Assembly: GCA_964016885.1 (NCBI GenBank)
Contig: OZ024743.1
Location: forward strand, 228,284,001 to 228,348,000
Direction: 5' to 3'
DNA from: Eledone cirrhosa
Taxonomy: Eukaryota
Length of the DNA stretch: 64,000 nucleotides
Each line of letters opens with the position of its first letter. The first letter of the stretch is position 1. Below the pieces are notes generated by a model that saw only the letters and a list, made by a program, of their open reading frames with translations, was not told the origin of the DNA and searched no databases. Below, in pieces: positions 62,520 through 64,000 of the stretch. The translations under genes were made by a program, and so were the position numbers.

Positions 62520-63826
62520 GAGAGAGAGAGAATGGAGGTTCAATGATCACTATTGCAGTCATTGCCATGCTTCACTTCAGTTATTGTTTCTCCATTGCAG
62601 TAATACAATCATTACATAGATAACTTAATTATGAACATTTACTTCTGACATATAAAAATCAACTTGCTAAGACTTTTATACATTATGATTATCATCAACT
62701 TCATTATTATTATTACTATTATTATTAATATCATCATCATCAACATCAATATTATTATACATTTATAGATATATATTTTTTGTTGTTATTATCAGGTTAC
62801 TAACTATCTCACCCTTCTTGAATTGGTGGAGTAAATTCTTGGATATATGGTAAGAGAGTTGTTGTTCGGCAATCTCAAACGAATATAACCAGAAACCGAA
62901 AATAAATAAATAACAAAACTGCATGATGTAGAAAAAAAAAATATATATGAGCAACTTTTAGTGTGTTTTTTTTCCCCCAAATCCAAAAAGGGCATAGATT
63001 ACTGTAAGCACTGAAGCTAGTCTGATGCTGTAGTAACTTATTGACATATCTGACAAATTTCCTTTTGCTGAAGTGTTGCTGTTGTTGTTAGTTTTCTCTT
63101 CTTGGTCTTTCTAGTTTGTGTTGGTGTAAAGGATGTGTTTGTGTATAAGGAAGGATGTGTTGGTGTGCAGGATGTGTTGGCCTGTGGTCAGCATTGAGAA
63201 GTTGACAGCTGTTTGACGTATTTGCAGTTTTAGGAAACCAGCTAACAAAATACATTTTGGAACAGTGCTCCCTATTTCTAATTCCTGACCCTTAAAACTA
63301 GCTTTCTCGAAACAATGTTGAAATTCATATATAATCAATTATCTTCTGTATTAATAACAACATCGACAACAACTTTATATATATTTGCCACATTTCTGCT
63401 GCTTCTCTAACAAATACTCCCAAATAATATATTAAGATTGATTCAGGATTCATTCAGCTAGCTCTACAAAACCAGTAATGTGTTCCAAATGAAACGAAAT
63501 AATGATTGCCATCCTTATTATTATCATTATTATTGTCATCCTCATCATTAGACTGGGCAGGAATAAATAATTTGAAATCCTTTAAAGGTTCTGTCAAAAT
63601 TTAGGTTGTCATATCACAGATAAGTATACAGGGAGGTAAAATGACAAGTAATTGACACAAAATGAATTCAGAAATGAAGAGACATCCTCTCAGAATTGTC
63701 ACAACCACATTTAATAAGAAAAAGATGATTGTACAAGCTGCCATAATATTTTTCAAGGGAAAGCAAATATTGTAGCTATGCTCCTTGTTTTTGTTCCCCT
63801 CTATTTCTATTGAACCTTATTAACAG

Positions 63827-63955
63827 CATAAAATGACATTTTCTCATACTTCATATCTGAAGACAATGACAAGGAGAAGAATCAGTCTGGATAGTAAGAG
63901 AGAAGAGAAAGTAATTTTCCACGTGGTTGACAAAAAGACAGTTACTTCTACTAAG
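63827..63955 (+). CDS. Candidate host-gene exon (129 nt), unknown product
   Basis: Polypyrimidine tract then AACAG acceptor (63825-63826), AAG/GTGAGT donor (63956); open frame HKMTFSHTSYLKTMTRRRISLDSKREEKVIFHVVDKKTVTSTK with ATG in AAAATG context. No recognisable homology. Confidence 0.3.
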
Positions 63956-64000
63956 GTGAGTCATTGCAATCAGATATCAAACAGGGCTGGTTTATCTCTG

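Overview
AT-rich, repeat-saturated eukaryotic DNA that looks intronic or intergenic. The SINE/LINE families and the very long (TA)n arrays point to an octopus or other coleoid cephalopod genome (inference from repeat families, not from a search). No intact protein-coding gene is recognisable, and almost all long ORFs in the track are microsatellite artefacts. Supported content: one 5'-truncated CR1/L2-type LINE, several RTE-clade LINE fragments (RT with an embedded PHD-like finger, an APE endonuclease piece, an Expander/Rex3-like end), at least four tRNA-derived SINE families (one borrowing the RTE 3' UTR), a TTAA/piggyBac-type MITE family, kb-scale TA-based satellites and a ~1.63 kb tandem duplication. 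The most interesting signals are minimal hammerhead-ribozyme motifs of the Penelope/retrozyme type and repeated fold-back (inverted) duplications at (TA)n tracts. One ribozyme locus (42.0-43.5 kb) has two motifs about one monomer apart plus an inverted copy, and both ends stop at the predicted cleavage site. One plausible host-gene exon lies at 63827-63955 (+).
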